This document shows positions 1 to 9,750 of a DNA stretch of 61,835 nt, piece by piece. This DNA is from a virus. Taxonomy: Duplodnaviria; Caudoviricetes. The notes under the pieces are model-generated. The model had not been told where the DNA came from and did no database searches. It saw nothing but the letters and a program-made list of their open reading frames with translations. The position numbers and the translations under genes are program-made. The stretch is taken from positions 1 to 61,835 of IMG/VR virus record IMGVR_UViG_3300044816_000047; one strand, given 5' to 3'. Each line of letters begins with the position of its first letter. Position 1 is the first letter of the stretch.

Positions 1-127
1 CTTGGGCCTCGTTTGAATATGATCTGGTCTGACACGGCCTGCTACCTCAACCAGTGGACCGGCGACGCCTATGTCTATTCGACCGATCTGGTGGGTCGCA
101 ATTGCGGGCTAATTTCTCCGAACGCCG
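1..127. repeat. Terminal overlap identical to 61709-61835 (circular assembly)
   Basis: Exact 127-nt identity between the window ends; the ORF starting at 60746 reads in frame across the join into 1..819. Confidence 0.95.
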
Positions 128-819
128 TCGTCACCATTGCGGGCGCGGCCTACTGGATGGGGTCGGATAATTTCTGGATGTATTCCGGCGCAGGCGTGCA
201 GCCGATCCCGAACGTCGAGGACATCAGGCGCTATGTGTTTGACGACATCACCGACATCAACGGGTTTCAATGTCATATCGTTTATAACCCGAAGTTCAAC
301 GAGATTGAATTCCACTACACGCTAAGCGGAGACACGGCGGTTTCCCGCAGCGTCATCTACAGCCTCAGCGCGCAATGCTGGACGCCGAACCCGAGCACCA
401 GAACCGGAGGAACTCATTTCCCGCAAGGCGACACGCGGCCCTATATCGCCGACGCCGATGGGTACATTTATCTGCACGAGGAAGGGGTCGACGACAACGG
501 TGTGGCGCTTCCCTACAGCCTCACGCTTGCGCCATACGCGCTCGAAGAGGGCGGCAAGAATTATGATGTGATGGGCTTCCTGCTCGACACCTTCGAGCAA
601 GCCGGAAACATCACGGTCACGTTCAATTCGTGGGACCGCTTGAGCGACCTGATCGTCCAGGATACGGAAACGGATGTCTTCACGCCGACGACCGGCTTTG
701 TCGATGTCAGGATGTCCGGCCGGTACGTCGGCTTCACGATGGGGTCAACCGACATCGGCAGTTACTTCCGTCTCGGCAAGCCGGTGGCGTTTGCCAATCC
801 AACGGGGACCAGATCATGA
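1..819 (+). CDS. Tail nozzle / stabilisation protein, 3' part
   Basis: Beta-rich (AYWMGSDNFWMYSG, YNPKFNEIEFHY, VRMSGRY); continuation of the 60746 ORF. Confidence 0.75.
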   Translation, partial: LGPRLNMIWSDTACYLNQWTGDAYVYSTDLVGRNCGLISPNAVVTIAGAAYWMGSDNFWMYSGAGVQPIPNVEDIRRYVFDDITDINGFQCHIVYNPKFNEIEFHYTLSGDTAVSRSVIYSLSAQCWTPNPSTRTGGTHFPQGDTRPYIADADGYIYLHEEGVDDNGVALPYSLTLAPYALEEGGKNYDVMGFLLDTFEQAGNITVTFNSWDRLSDLIVQDTETDVFTPTTGFVDVRMSGRYVGFTMGSTDIGSYFRLGKPVAFANPTGTRS

Positions 820-1079
820 GGCCAGTGACACTTAGCTCGCCAGCGTCGAACAGGCAGGAAGATATCATCGCTTGGCTGGTGCAGGCGGTGCGCACGATCG
901 AACAGGCATCCAGAGACGACCGCGCCGCGATAGCCGACAGCTACACGCAAACCGGAACCAACACAGTAACGAGGGTCATCAATGTCACGTCGCCGACGAC
1001 GGCGAACGTCGCCGCAGTCCTTGCCACATTCCTCAACGACACCAAAAATCGAGGTGTCAATCGTACCGCCCCAACCTGA
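816..1079 (+). CDS. Small virion-module protein (87 aa)
   Basis: ATGA overlap with the upstream stop at 816-819; co-oriented with the structural operon. Confidence 0.6.
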   Translation: MRPVTLSSPASNRQEDIIAWLVQAVRTIEQASRDDRAAIADSYTQTGTNTVTRVINVTSPTTANVAAVLATFLNDTKNRGVNRTAPT

Positions 1080-1494
1080 TGCGGTAGAGATCAGGTACGC
1101 GTCGACCGACGACGAGGTGATTGCGATCCACCGGTTTTTGCTGGTGGTGGCTGTTCCCGCGATGCGGTGCCCGGTCGATCCGGTCAAGAGCCTGCACGAG
1201 ATCATTCGCGTTGCACAGTACGAAGCCGCGATCATGGCGATCCAGAACGGGATGCTTGTCGGGACGATGGGTTTGATGAAAGCCAATTGGTGGTATGGCG
1301 ACGGATCGTTTCTGACGGATCGCTGGCATTTTTGTCTGCCGCAATTCTGGCACGGCGCGGTCAATGACGCGCTGATCAACGAAGCGAAACAAATCGCGGG
1401 CGCGGCAAATCTTGAATTTATTCATCAGGGCAAAATCCGCCCGGCACGAAACGGCATGACGATGATGATGCCGAGAGTTTACGAAGGAACCTAG
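1054..1494 (+). CDS. GNAT-fold (acetyltransferase-like) protein of the ejection module
   Basis: EIRYAS...LVGTMGL...WWYGDGSFLTDRWHF...ALINEAKQIA pattern; usual position before ejection proteins; start codon uncertain. Confidence 0.55.
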   Translation: MSIVPPQPDAVEIRYASTDDEVIAIHRFLLVVAVPAMRCPVDPVKSLHEIIRVAQYEAAIMAIQNGMLVGTMGLMKANWWYGDGSFLTDRWHFCLPQFWHGAVNDALINEAKQIAGAANLEFIHQGKIRPARNGMTMMMPRVYEGT

Positions 1495-1497
1495 ACC

Positions 1498-2547
1498 ATG
1501 TGTTTCGGTATGCAACCTCAGTCGACTACAACCACTAATGGCAACAGTTCTAGCGTCGGAACGCTCAACACGGCGTCGACTGCTAATCCTGCGGTGCAGA
1601 ATGCTGCGCTCGGCAATCTCAATTATGCGACAGCGGTTCGCGATGGTGGGTTTCAGGGTTACAATGGCCAGCAGGTCGCGAACATCAACCCGACGCAGCA
1701 ACAGACGATCAACAATGCGAGCGATATTGCCAGCGGCCCGAGCAACCTTGCATCGAATAACCTGATCGGGCGGTACGCGAACGCTGGGCCGCAGAGCGTG
1801 CAGGCGAGCACCATCGCCGATAACATGTCGCCGTATATGTCTCAATACGTCGAGCGGGCGCTTGCGCCGCAGCTTCGGCAGATGGACATTTCCAACGCTG
1901 CCACCAACCAACAGACCGACGCACTTGCAACATCGCGTGGAGCTTTTGGAGATGCGCGTCAAGGCGTCCAACAGTCGAACAATAGTTTTAACCAAGCGGT
2001 GCAGCGCGAGGGCGTGATCGGCAATGCCTATGATCGGGCATTCACTCAGGCGATTGGCGCGGGCTCAACGGACGCTTCCAACAATCTCGCGGCGCAGAAT
2101 GCCAATGCGGGATACAACGAGACGGCGCTGTCTCGCGCGCTTGGCGGCTCGAATGCGTTGCAGAGCACAGCCGCCAACCAGATGAACTTGAACAAGGACG
2201 CTAATTCGCTCGCCCAGCAGGACACCGCGAACAACCAGGCTAATTTGACTGCGCGATACAATCAATGGTTGCTGCAACAGCAATACCCGTTCCAGACGAC
2301 GGGACTGGTGAATTCCACCACCGGCGTTGCGGCAAATGCCGTGCCTGCGTCGACAGCCAGCAACACGACGAACAACCAGACGGCTTCGGGCGTGAGCAAC
2401 AAGTCGGCAGTCGATAATTCTGGCTTGAGCCTTCTGGGGTCACTCGGCGGCGCTCTACTCAGCGGCGGCAACTTAGGCGGCCTTTTCGGTAATGGCAGCG
2501 GCGGCATCACTTATGGCGGTCCGAACGGACCCACTGCGTTCATTTAA
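1498..2547 (+). CDS. Internal virion / DNA ejection protein
   Basis: 349 aa, Q/N/A/G-rich, MSPYMSQYV motif, Gly-rich amphipathic C-terminus. Confidence 0.65.
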   Translation: MCFGMQPQSTTTTNGNSSSVGTLNTASTANPAVQNAALGNLNYATAVRDGGFQGYNGQQVANINPTQQQTINNASDIASGPSNLASNNLIGRYANAGPQSVQASTIADNMSPYMSQYVERALAPQLRQMDISNAATNQQTDALATSRGAFGDARQGVQQSNNSFNQAVQREGVIGNAYDRAFTQAIGAGSTDASNNLAAQNANAGYNETALSRALGGSNALQSTAANQMNLNKDANSLAQQDTANNQANLTARYNQWLLQQQYPFQTTGLVNSTTGVAANAVPASTASNTTNNQTASGVSNKSAVDNSGLSLLGSLGGALLSGGNLGGLFGNGSGGITYGGPNGPTAFI

Positions 2548-2558
2548 GGAAAACCAAA

Positions 2559-4346
2559 ATGGGGCTCTTAGATTGGCTGACGTCGGACATCGGTAGCGGT
2601 TCGACCGGTACTGGCATTGGAGGAAATCCGATGCCGGGTTTCGACGGTGGCTCGGCCACTCCCGCTGCGCCCGCGCCAGTGCCGGGGCAGCGCAGCTTTA
2701 ACATTTCTCCGAACATCTTGCAGCGGGGCATGCAAGGTCTTGCGGGTGGCTTGGAAACGACGAAGGCCGGCATGGGTCCGGGCGAGGCGTTTGCACAGGG
2801 CCTCGGTGGTGCGCTCAAGGGCGGTGCTGCCTACGACAAGGATAAATTGGACCGCGAGCTCAAAGTTCGTGCGCTGGAGAATTCGGAAAACGACACGCAA
2901 GGAACGCTCGACTATCATAACCGAACGCTAAGTCTCCAAGAGAAAAAGGATAAGCGCGAGGCTGATCAGTTGGTAGAGCAAAGCAAAGCCGCCGCTGATT
3001 TCTCGTCAAGAATTGGCGGGATGCTTGGGACGGGCGGGCCGGCGAACCTGCCGCCGGCTTCGGGACCATCCGCGGCCCCGCGCGCGCCAGTCGCCCCATC
3101 GGCAAAAGTGTGGGGTGATGATGAGGCCGTTGCGGCTGGGCTGTACGATCCGCCGGCTACCCCCGGCGCGCGACCGCCCGTGCAGGGAGCAGGGACGCCT
3201 CCGATGCCACCTCCCGTTCCTGTGTCGCAGCCCGGCGCCGACGCACTTCCTCCAAACGCCACGCCGACGGCTGGGACCGGGATGCCGGGACCTATGACCC
3301 CGCCACCGGCACCGACGATGACTCCCGCGGTGCCAGTGGTTCCGGGCGCGGCGCCGGTGGCTCCGACGGGAGCCCCGGCCGCCGCTGCCCCGCCACAGCA
3401 ACTCACGATTGGCGCGCAGCACGTCCCGGTTCTGATCGGCGCGCTATCGAATCCGAATCTCCCGGCCGGGCAGAAGGAAGTCGCCAAGACGCTTCTGACC
3501 GAAGCCTTCAAGAATATGAAGGAGCCGGAGAAAATCCAGACGCTGCGCGCGCTCCACGCCGATCCGTCGTTGCTAGAGGTTGAAAAGCAGCTTCGATCGG
3601 CCGGAAAGACCGAGGTCAATATCGATCAGAAGTCCGAGAGCGAGTTTGCCAAACAGGCAGGCGGCACGGTCGCAAAACGCTTTGAAAAGCTGAGCGAAGA
3701 AGGGCAGAACGCGACGCAAGATATAGCATTGCTCGGCCAGCTTCGCGATCTTGGCGCGGTCGTCAAGACTGGCGCTCCGGCGGCGATCCAAGGCTGGCTC
3801 GCCGAGCGCGGAATCAAGGTTGGCAATAATGTCTCCGCAGTCGAGGCATATTCGAGCATCATTGACAAGTTGACGCCGCAGCAACGCATACCTGGGTCAG
3901 GGGCCACTTCTGATTATGAAGGCCGGATGTTCAAGAACAGTTTGCCAAAGCTGATCAATACGCCGGAGGGCAACTCGATCATCGAGAACACGTTGGCGGG
4001 TCTTTCTCAATATAAAATGGATCGCGCGGCTATCGCGGAGAAAGCGTTAACGCGAGAGATCACGCCTGCGGAAGCCCTGAAGCAAATTCGGGAAATGCCA
4101 AGCCCGTATGAGTCGTTCAACAAGTTCGCAAAGAACGGGTTTAAGGCCGATCCGAACAATCCGGATTCCGCGAAGCCGCCGGAGAAAGCGGCCGATCCAA
4201 ACGCGGCGAAAGTCGTCCCGAGCACCAAAATTGAAATCGACCAGTCACTTGCCAATGCGCGGGCGGCCATTGCCACCAATCCGGGGGCGCGATCCGGGAT
4301 CGAGCGGAAACTTAGAGACGCCGGGATCGACCCCAGTGGGCTTTGA
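2559..4346 (+). CDS. Internal virion / DNA ejection protein
   Basis: 595 aa, MGLLDWL start, Pro-rich linker, PGSGATSDYE motif typical of podovirus ejection proteins. Confidence 0.65.
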   Translation: MGLLDWLTSDIGSGSTGTGIGGNPMPGFDGGSATPAAPAPVPGQRSFNISPNILQRGMQGLAGGLETTKAGMGPGEAFAQGLGGALKGGAAYDKDKLDRELKVRALENSENDTQGTLDYHNRTLSLQEKKDKREADQLVEQSKAAADFSSRIGGMLGTGGPANLPPASGPSAAPRAPVAPSAKVWGDDEAVAAGLYDPPATPGARPPVQGAGTPPMPPPVPVSQPGADALPPNATPTAGTGMPGPMTPPPAPTMTPAVPVVPGAAPVAPTGAPAAAAPPQQLTIGAQHVPVLIGALSNPNLPAGQKEVAKTLLTEAFKNMKEPEKIQTLRALHADPSLLEVEKQLRSAGKTEVNIDQKSESEFAKQAGGTVAKRFEKLSEEGQNATQDIALLGQLRDLGAVVKTGAPAAIQGWLAERGIKVGNNVSAVEAYSSIIDKLTPQQRIPGSGATSDYEGRMFKNSLPKLINTPEGNSIIENTLAGLSQYKMDRAAIAEKALTREITPAEALKQIREMPSPYESFNKFAKNGFKADPNNPDSAKPPEKAADPNAAKVVPSTKIEIDQSLANARAAIATNPGARSGIERKLRDAGIDPSGL

Positions 4347-4646
4347 GACCATCGGCATCCCAGCGCGGACCCAGCGGAAGATGTCGATGAGCCGGATGCG
4401 CGGCTCTTTCTTCGGCTTCGGAGGGAGCGGCGGGTCTATGCCTAGCCGGCGGCGGCGCCACGCGCGGATGTCGGTGAACCCTTGCTCGGCGCCGAGAAAA
4501 ATCAACGTGAAGACGAGAGCGAAGAAAAAGCCAGCAGCAATGACAAATCCGACCTGTTTCTGTCCGTCTCGCTCCATGTCGCCAAAAATGACAATCACTG
4601 CCGCAAATGCAGCAATCTGAATTGAGCAGAGAAATAGGTGCCGCAT
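4245..4646 (-). CDS. Antisense two-TM membrane protein between ejection genes (candidate superinfection exclusion)
   Basis: Fills the gap 4347-4644; two hydrophobic segments then a basic tail; its ATG shares CATG with the ATG of the 4645 gene. Confidence 0.45.
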   Translation of the reverse strand: MRHLFLCSIQIAAFAAVIVIFGDMERDGQKQVGFVIAAGFFFALVFTLIFLGAEQGFTDIRAWRRRRLGIDPPLPPKPKKEPRIRLIDIFRWVRAGMPMVSKPTGVDPGVSKFPLDPGSRPRIGGNGRPRIGK

Positions 4647-7353
4647 GGCCGCATTGACCTTTGACGAATTCGGAACGACGCCCGGTGGCGTTCCCGTCGG
4701 TGCGAACGGCCTGCCGCGCGTCGAAATCAGCGGCGCAGAGCCGAAGGAAGAAAAAGCCAACCCCAAAAACGTTTTGACGTTCGATGAATTTAATCCAAGC
4801 CGTTGGGGCGATAAAGCCATTAAAACCGCGAAAGATATCGGGAAATCTGCGCTTTCGGGCATTGACAAAGGCATCAGCGGACTGGCGGGGCTCCCTGCTG
4901 ATACCGCTCTGAACGTGGACAGCTTTGTAAGAAAGGGGAAGTCCTGGGCGCAGGGCCGCCCCATTGAGGATATCAACGAAGAAGAAGAGCGCAACGGCAT
5001 CGTTTCTCGCAAGAAGGTCGAAGACTTTCTTCAGCCTTATACGTCGAAGTCTCTTCATGAAAATTCGGGCTTAGCGCACACGCCCGAAACCGAAGCCGGG
5101 AAATGGGTTGAGGCCGGCACCGAGTTCGTGCCGAGCGTGGTGTTGCCGGCGGCGGCCGCCGGCCGCGTCGCGCGCGCGGGCGAAATAATCGGAATGGGTG
5201 TGGCCCCCGGCGTGGCATCGGAAGCGGCAGGTCGGGCAACCGAGGGATCGGCGCTTGAACCGTGGGCCCGCGGCGCTGCCGCGCTTGTCACCGGCGGCGC
5301 TGGCGCAATCGCCTCGGCGCCGAGCACCGCCGGTCGAGCCGTCTCGCGGGCCACGCATGGCGCAACCCCGGCCCAAATCGACGAGGCCGAGCAGCTTTTC
5401 CAGTCCGCCCAGCAGCAGGGCATGCCGCTGACCCGTGCGGAAGCGGTCCAGCACGTCACGAACGGCGGGACGAATCTGGGGAACCTGCAACGGGTCGTCG
5501 AGGGCTCCGGTGAACTGCGGCCAATGATGTCGCAGCGGCCCGGGCAGGTTGACGCCGCGGCGCGCCGGGAATTCGACAATCTGGCGCCGGCGTCGCCGAG
5601 TCCGTCGGCAATTGGTGAGGATGTCAGTGTCGCGGCGCGCGGTGCTGTCGCCGAAACGCCGCAGGGCCGGGCGTTGTCGGATTCGGTATATCAGGCTGGA
5701 CCACGGGTTTCGCCTGCCGATGCGGGATCCACGATCCAATCGGAACTTGCTCGCGTTGGCGATAAGCGAGAGTCGATGCGGTCGGCGCTTGCTGATCATG
5801 ACTATTCGGCGGCCCGCAACGCTCCGGCTACAATCCCGGTCAACGGCGGGCATCGCGTTACGGATGTCACCAAGCATTATCTTGACCGACCTGACATCCC
5901 AATCATATTGGATCCAGCCGAGCGGTCGGCTGCTCAGAAGAACTGGTTTAGCGAAAACAATCCAACGTCGCGCACGGCGATCGTTGGAGAGCGCCCGACG
6001 GAGTTTGCTCAAGTCGATGCGAGTTCAGTCGTTGCTCATATTGATAGTGCGTTGGAAAGTGCCAAGGGGGCAGTTAGGCAAGGTCTAACGGCGGCGCGAT
6101 CGGCCTTGATGAATTCAGAGGGCGCGGTCGACCATACCGTGCAGGGCCTTCACAATTCGAGAAAAGCCATCGACGACTTGATCACCCAGGCCAAAAACGC
6201 TGGTGCCAAGAATACTGTCACGGAACTCATGGGGGCCAAGAGCGTGCTGGACACCGCTCTTGAAAAGGTCCCCGCCTATGGCGACGCCGTGCGAAATTTC
6301 AAAGCCGCCAGCGAGCCCTTGTCCTCATTTGAAAGCGGTCGCGCTCCGGGCCGTATCGTTGAGCGCGATCAGTTCAACCAGCGTTTTGAAATGACGCCCG
6401 ACAAGGTGGCGGATACGATCCAGCGCGGGGGACGCTCGGCCGCCCGTGACTTCAATCAAGTTGCGACACCGGCTGCCCGCGAGGCTTTTGAGCAACATTT
6501 AATTACACAGACATTGGAGAAGGCGCGCGGCCAAGGCGGCGAGATTTCCGCGGAATCCATCCGCAAAGCAATACGCAAGAACGAAGACGTGATCGGTGAA
6601 TTTCCGGGAGTGCGCGATCGCCTTGATGCTGTTGCGCGCGCCCGCGATGCGCTTGAGCCTGTTTTGGCGACGCCCATCGGCAAGTTGGCTCAACGCGACC
6701 CGACGACAAAGAAAGCCATCAACGTGCTTTTCCCGGAAAATCCGCTGCCGAATAGTCAGCGGGAGGTGGGTAACGCGGTTCGGGACGTGGCTCGGCGCAA
6801 CCGGCCGGCCGCGACCGCTTTGGTGCGCGCGCATACTGAGATGGTTTTCAACGAGGCCACCAGTCGCCTTCAAACCGGTGCCAACGAGTTCGCTGGCGCC
6901 GGGTTTGCGGCCGCGCTTCGCGGTAATAAGCAGCAGGCGGCGAACCTTGAAGCGGCAATCACCGGTTTGCAGGGTCGACAGACCTTTGAAGGATTTGACC
7001 GGTTCTTGGACGTGCTGGAAGCGCAAGGCGCGCGCCAGCGCATCGGATCCCAGACTGCGTTCAATCAGGAAGTTCAACAGTCCTTGAAGCAGGGCGGCAC
7101 GGTCGGGGAGGCGCTGTCAGCCGTCGCGTCTGGCGGTGTGAAGCTCCCGGCCAAAATCACCCAGCGGATCGAACAATGGCGGATGGGCGGCAACGTCCGC
7201 GAGATTGCTGACATTCTCACGAACCCGCAGGGAGCGGACCTGTTCCGGCGGCTCGCGACCGCGCCGCCGGATTCGGCGCTCGCCGCTCGGATCGTTGGAC
7301 GGCTGACTTATTTGGCCGGACGCAGCTCGCAAGACGGCAAAGGTGAGAAGTGA
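4645..7353 (+). CDS. Large internal virion / DNA ejection protein
   Basis: 902 aa, Ala/Gly-rich helical, repeated LTFDEF near the N-terminus; last large gene of the ejection module. Confidence 0.65.
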   Translation: MAALTFDEFGTTPGGVPVGANGLPRVEISGAEPKEEKANPKNVLTFDEFNPSRWGDKAIKTAKDIGKSALSGIDKGISGLAGLPADTALNVDSFVRKGKSWAQGRPIEDINEEEERNGIVSRKKVEDFLQPYTSKSLHENSGLAHTPETEAGKWVEAGTEFVPSVVLPAAAAGRVARAGEIIGMGVAPGVASEAAGRATEGSALEPWARGAAALVTGGAGAIASAPSTAGRAVSRATHGATPAQIDEAEQLFQSAQQQGMPLTRAEAVQHVTNGGTNLGNLQRVVEGSGELRPMMSQRPGQVDAAARREFDNLAPASPSPSAIGEDVSVAARGAVAETPQGRALSDSVYQAGPRVSPADAGSTIQSELARVGDKRESMRSALADHDYSAARNAPATIPVNGGHRVTDVTKHYLDRPDIPIILDPAERSAAQKNWFSENNPTSRTAIVGERPTEFAQVDASSVVAHIDSALESAKGAVRQGLTAARSALMNSEGAVDHTVQGLHNSRKAIDDLITQAKNAGAKNTVTELMGAKSVLDTALEKVPAYGDAVRNFKAASEPLSSFESGRAPGRIVERDQFNQRFEMTPDKVADTIQRGGRSAARDFNQVATPAAREAFEQHLITQTLEKARGQGGEISAESIRKAIRKNEDVIGEFPGVRDRLDAVARARDALEPVLATPIGKLAQRDPTTKKAINVLFPENPLPNSQREVGNAVRDVARRNRPAATALVRAHTEMVFNEATSRLQTGANEFAGAGFAAALRGNKQQAANLEAAITGLQGRQTFEGFDRFLDVLEAQGARQRIGSQTAFNQEVQQSLKQGGTVGEALSAVASGGVKLPAKITQRIEQWRMGGNVREIADILTNPQGADLFRRLATAPPDSALAARIVGRLTYLAGRSSQDGKGEK

Positions 7354-8444
7354 GCAAAGAACTGGGACTGCGCGATCATCTGGCGGCGGCCGGCATCTAT
7401 CACGCGGCGCTGCACGAAGGGGATATGACCCGCGCGGAAGCAATGATGCTGAACGGACACGACCATATTTCGGCCCTCACGCGCGCGGCGATCCTCAACT
7501 CGCTAGAGCAGGGCGACCTCACGCTGGCTGAAATCGAAACCATCTTCGGCGAAGGAGTCCTACACCATGTTTACGACCAGCCAGTATCAGGAAGCAGCGA
7601 AGCTGCTGAAAACGAGAGCGTCGAAGAGCAAGGACCAGATGCAGAAGACGGCGGCGCTGAAGAAGGCGACGACGTTCGCGGCGTTGGCGAAGATCACGAC
7701 GAAGGCGACGCCGGACCCGTCGCCGACGCCGAAAGTGAAGGTGTCGAATCCGCCGAAGACGAAGTGGGAGCTGCCGCCAAGTCCAAAATAGAGAGGCTAA
7801 CCAATCTGATCGATCTTGTCGTCAAGGAACTGCGCGAGATCGTCAGCGAGCCTGCCGAAGAGAAGGTCGAGAATGGAGACGGCAGTCGTTCCGCCCCGGT
7901 CGTAGTTGTGTCCTCCGATGACATTGCCCGCGCGGCCGAGCGGATCGACGGTGAAGCGACGGAGGCCCAAAGGGTCGCTGGAAATTATCGAAAGGCGCAT
8001 GTGCAATTCGACGGTTTTGATCTCACTATTGAAACGCCCAGAGGCGGCATCCGGACCGGCAAGCGCGAAGACGGCAGCGAGTGGAAGGTTAAAATGCCCG
8101 CCGCCTACGGATACCTGAAGCGCACGGCCGGCGCCGACGATGAACAGGTTGATATCTTCCTCGTCGACCACGCCTCGCCGGGTCGGGTTTTTGCGATCGA
8201 CCAAATCGACCCCGAGACTGGTATGTTCGACGAACACAAAATAGTTCTAGGCGCGCGATCGGAGAGAGAAGCACGCCATATCTACGGGCGGGCCTTCTCT
8301 GATGGATCTGGACCGACGCGCATCGGCACACTGACGCAAATGACGTCTGACGAATTGCGGGAATGGCTACAGTCGGATGGCGGCAAAAAGCCGATTGGAG
8401 ATTTGCCGCAGCCCTACGAGGCTAGACGTCAGTCAAATCTTTGA
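7350..8444 (+). CDS. Acidic protein with C-terminal inorganic-pyrophosphatase-like domain of phage polyvalent (DarB-type) proteins
   Basis: TEAQRVAGNYRKAHV...LTIETPRG..RTG..W...MPAAYGY..RTAGADDEQVDIF...IDQ...FDEHKIVLG; D/E-rich middle. Confidence 0.7.
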   Translation: MSKELGLRDHLAAAGIYHAALHEGDMTRAEAMMLNGHDHISALTRAAILNSLEQGDLTLAEIETIFGEGVLHHVYDQPVSGSSEAAENESVEEQGPDAEDGGAEEGDDVRGVGEDHDEGDAGPVADAESEGVESAEDEVGAAAKSKIERLTNLIDLVVKELREIVSEPAEEKVENGDGSRSAPVVVVSSDDIARAAERIDGEATEAQRVAGNYRKAHVQFDGFDLTIETPRGGIRTGKREDGSEWKVKMPAAYGYLKRTAGADDEQVDIFLVDHASPGRVFAIDQIDPETGMFDEHKIVLGARSEREARHIYGRAFSDGSGPTRIGTLTQMTSDELREWLQSDGGKKPIGDLPQPYEARRQSNL

Positions 8445-8577
8445 TGATATCGGGAAGCTTCTTCTCCAGTTCGAGAAGGGTTTCGGCTTCGGTCACAAGC
8501 CCCGGAAGGTCTGGGCTCGTAGCGACCCAGACTTTTGCTTCGTCGTCGAAAAATTTATCGATGCGAGGTTCCGTCAT
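8422..8577 (-). CDS. DUF1902 / HicB-like small protein (51 aa)
   Basis: DDEAKVWVATSPDLPGLVTEAETLLEL motif; ATGA overlap with the upstream gene. Confidence 0.75.
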   Translation of the reverse strand: MTEPRIDKFFDDEAKVWVATSPDLPGLVTEAETLLELEKKLPDIIKDLTDV

Positions 8578-8690
8578 TTGGTCTCGCTCTGACGTTCGAT
8601 GAAGTAGATTTCGACACCGCAAAAGGCGCCAACCAGTACAAGCGCAACAAATGGTGCTAGAGCAGCAAGCGCTGGTAAGGAGAAAGTCAT
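8574..8690 (-). CDS. Single-TM micropeptide (38 aa)
   Basis: Manual translation MTFSLPALAALAPFVALVLVGAFCGVEIYFIERQSETK; ATGA overlaps at both ends; below the ORF-track cutoff. Confidence 0.6.
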   Translation of the reverse strand: MTFSLPALAALAPFVALVLVGAFCGVEIYFIERQSETK

Positions 8691-8857
8691 CGCTTGCCGA
8701 AATGCCAAGAAATGTCGGACGTTTTAATTGTGTAGGATTGCACGCCGGGATGCTTGGGAGTGCTGGTGCGCCAAACAGTGAAGCGGGCCAGACAGTAAAG
8801 AACTGCCAAGCCCACAAACGGCATGCCGAACGCGATCAATTGGTGTGCTAGCTTCAT
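8687..8857 (-). CDS. Single-TM small protein (56 aa)
   Basis: MKLAHQLIAFGMPFVGLAVLYCLARF...; ATGA overlaps at both ends. Confidence 0.55.
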   Translation of the reverse strand: MKLAHQLIAFGMPFVGLAVLYCLARFTVWRTSTPKHPGVQSYTIKTSDISWHFGKR

Positions 8858-9078
8858 GACGACGCTCCGAATACGCTCTGGCCTATCAAATGTAAGCAGA
8901 CGCCCATGAATAGGCAAATAATAGAGCCTGCGACAATTAGGGTGGGGTCCGTTCCTTCAAAAATCTTGCTGTAAAGGAACGTCGCCAAGGGGCCTAATAT
9001 CCCTGTCGTAAGGAAGCCAGCTCCGACCATGTTGAGAAAGCTGGCGACCAGTTTCTTTCGCTCGTCGTCAGGGTTCAT
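8854..9078 (-). CDS. Two-TM small membrane protein (74 aa)
   Basis: DERKKLVASFLNMVGAG...ICLFMGVCLHLIGQ resembles small Rhizobiales membrane proteins. Confidence 0.65.
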   Translation of the reverse strand: MNPDDERKKLVASFLNMVGAGFLTTGILGPLATFLYSKIFEGTDPTLIVAGSIICLFMGVCLHLIGQSVFGASS

Positions 9079-9209
9079 GCCTTTTTTCGGGCCTTCTCAA
9101 TGGCTTGCTCCACCAGCCTCCGGATAGCCTCGGGACGACCGGGGAGGTCCTCTTGGGTTCGGCGCCAGGGCGAGGCGTGGAAGGTACGTCAAGGCAGTCA
9201 AGGCAACGG

Positions 9210-9238
9210 AGAGGGAGGCGTATCGCGCCTCCCTTTTC
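9210..9238 (+). terminator. Rho-independent terminator
   Basis: gggaggcg-tatcg-cgcctccc stem followed by tttt. Confidence 0.6.
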
Positions 9239-9260
9239 ATTTTGGAGAAGATGAGAATGA

Positions 9261-9665
9261 CTAGTTTTTCGTTGGCGATGGACCTTCTGAAACCGTGGGA
9301 AGAAGGTCAGTGCACAATCTACGTAAAATGGATAACTCGACCGCAAATACCAGATCAAGGTTTCCAAGCTTCATCGCAACAAACGCTTCTTGATTTGTGC
9401 GACCCGGCGAAAATCCCATCGATATCACCGGAATTGGATCGGAACGAAGGGTCTCTGACTTTTCAAGTTTCGGTGTCTGAGTGGCAGCATGCTTCTCAGC
9501 TTCAAGAATGATGCGGGACGCTAGCCGACTAAACTCTTGATTGGCGATAGCCACTCCTAAGGGGCCGTCGTCCATATTGAATACTAGGCCGGTGTGGGTG
9601 TCATTTATGGGCTGAACTGCCCACCCCTTGCTGGTCTTTAGATTGAGCTTCAGTTCCTCCGCCAT
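9261..9665 (-). CDS. Hypothetical moron protein (134 aa)
   Basis: Strong SD (gggagggg) before the ATG; divergent from the 9751 microprotein. Confidence 0.65.
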   Translation of the reverse strand: MAEELKLNLKTSKGWAVQPINDTHTGLVFNMDDGPLGVAIANQEFSRLASRIILEAEKHAATQTPKLEKSETLRSDPIPVISMGFSPGRTNQEAFVAMKLGNLDLVFAVELSILRRLCTDLLPTVSEGPSPTKN

Positions 9666-9750
9666 TTTCCCCTCCCATTTAATTTAGGGGATCGAACCAC
9701 CTCTGCGCGAACGAGTCCATCGGCGCAGTTCAAAAATATTGGAGAAAGAC

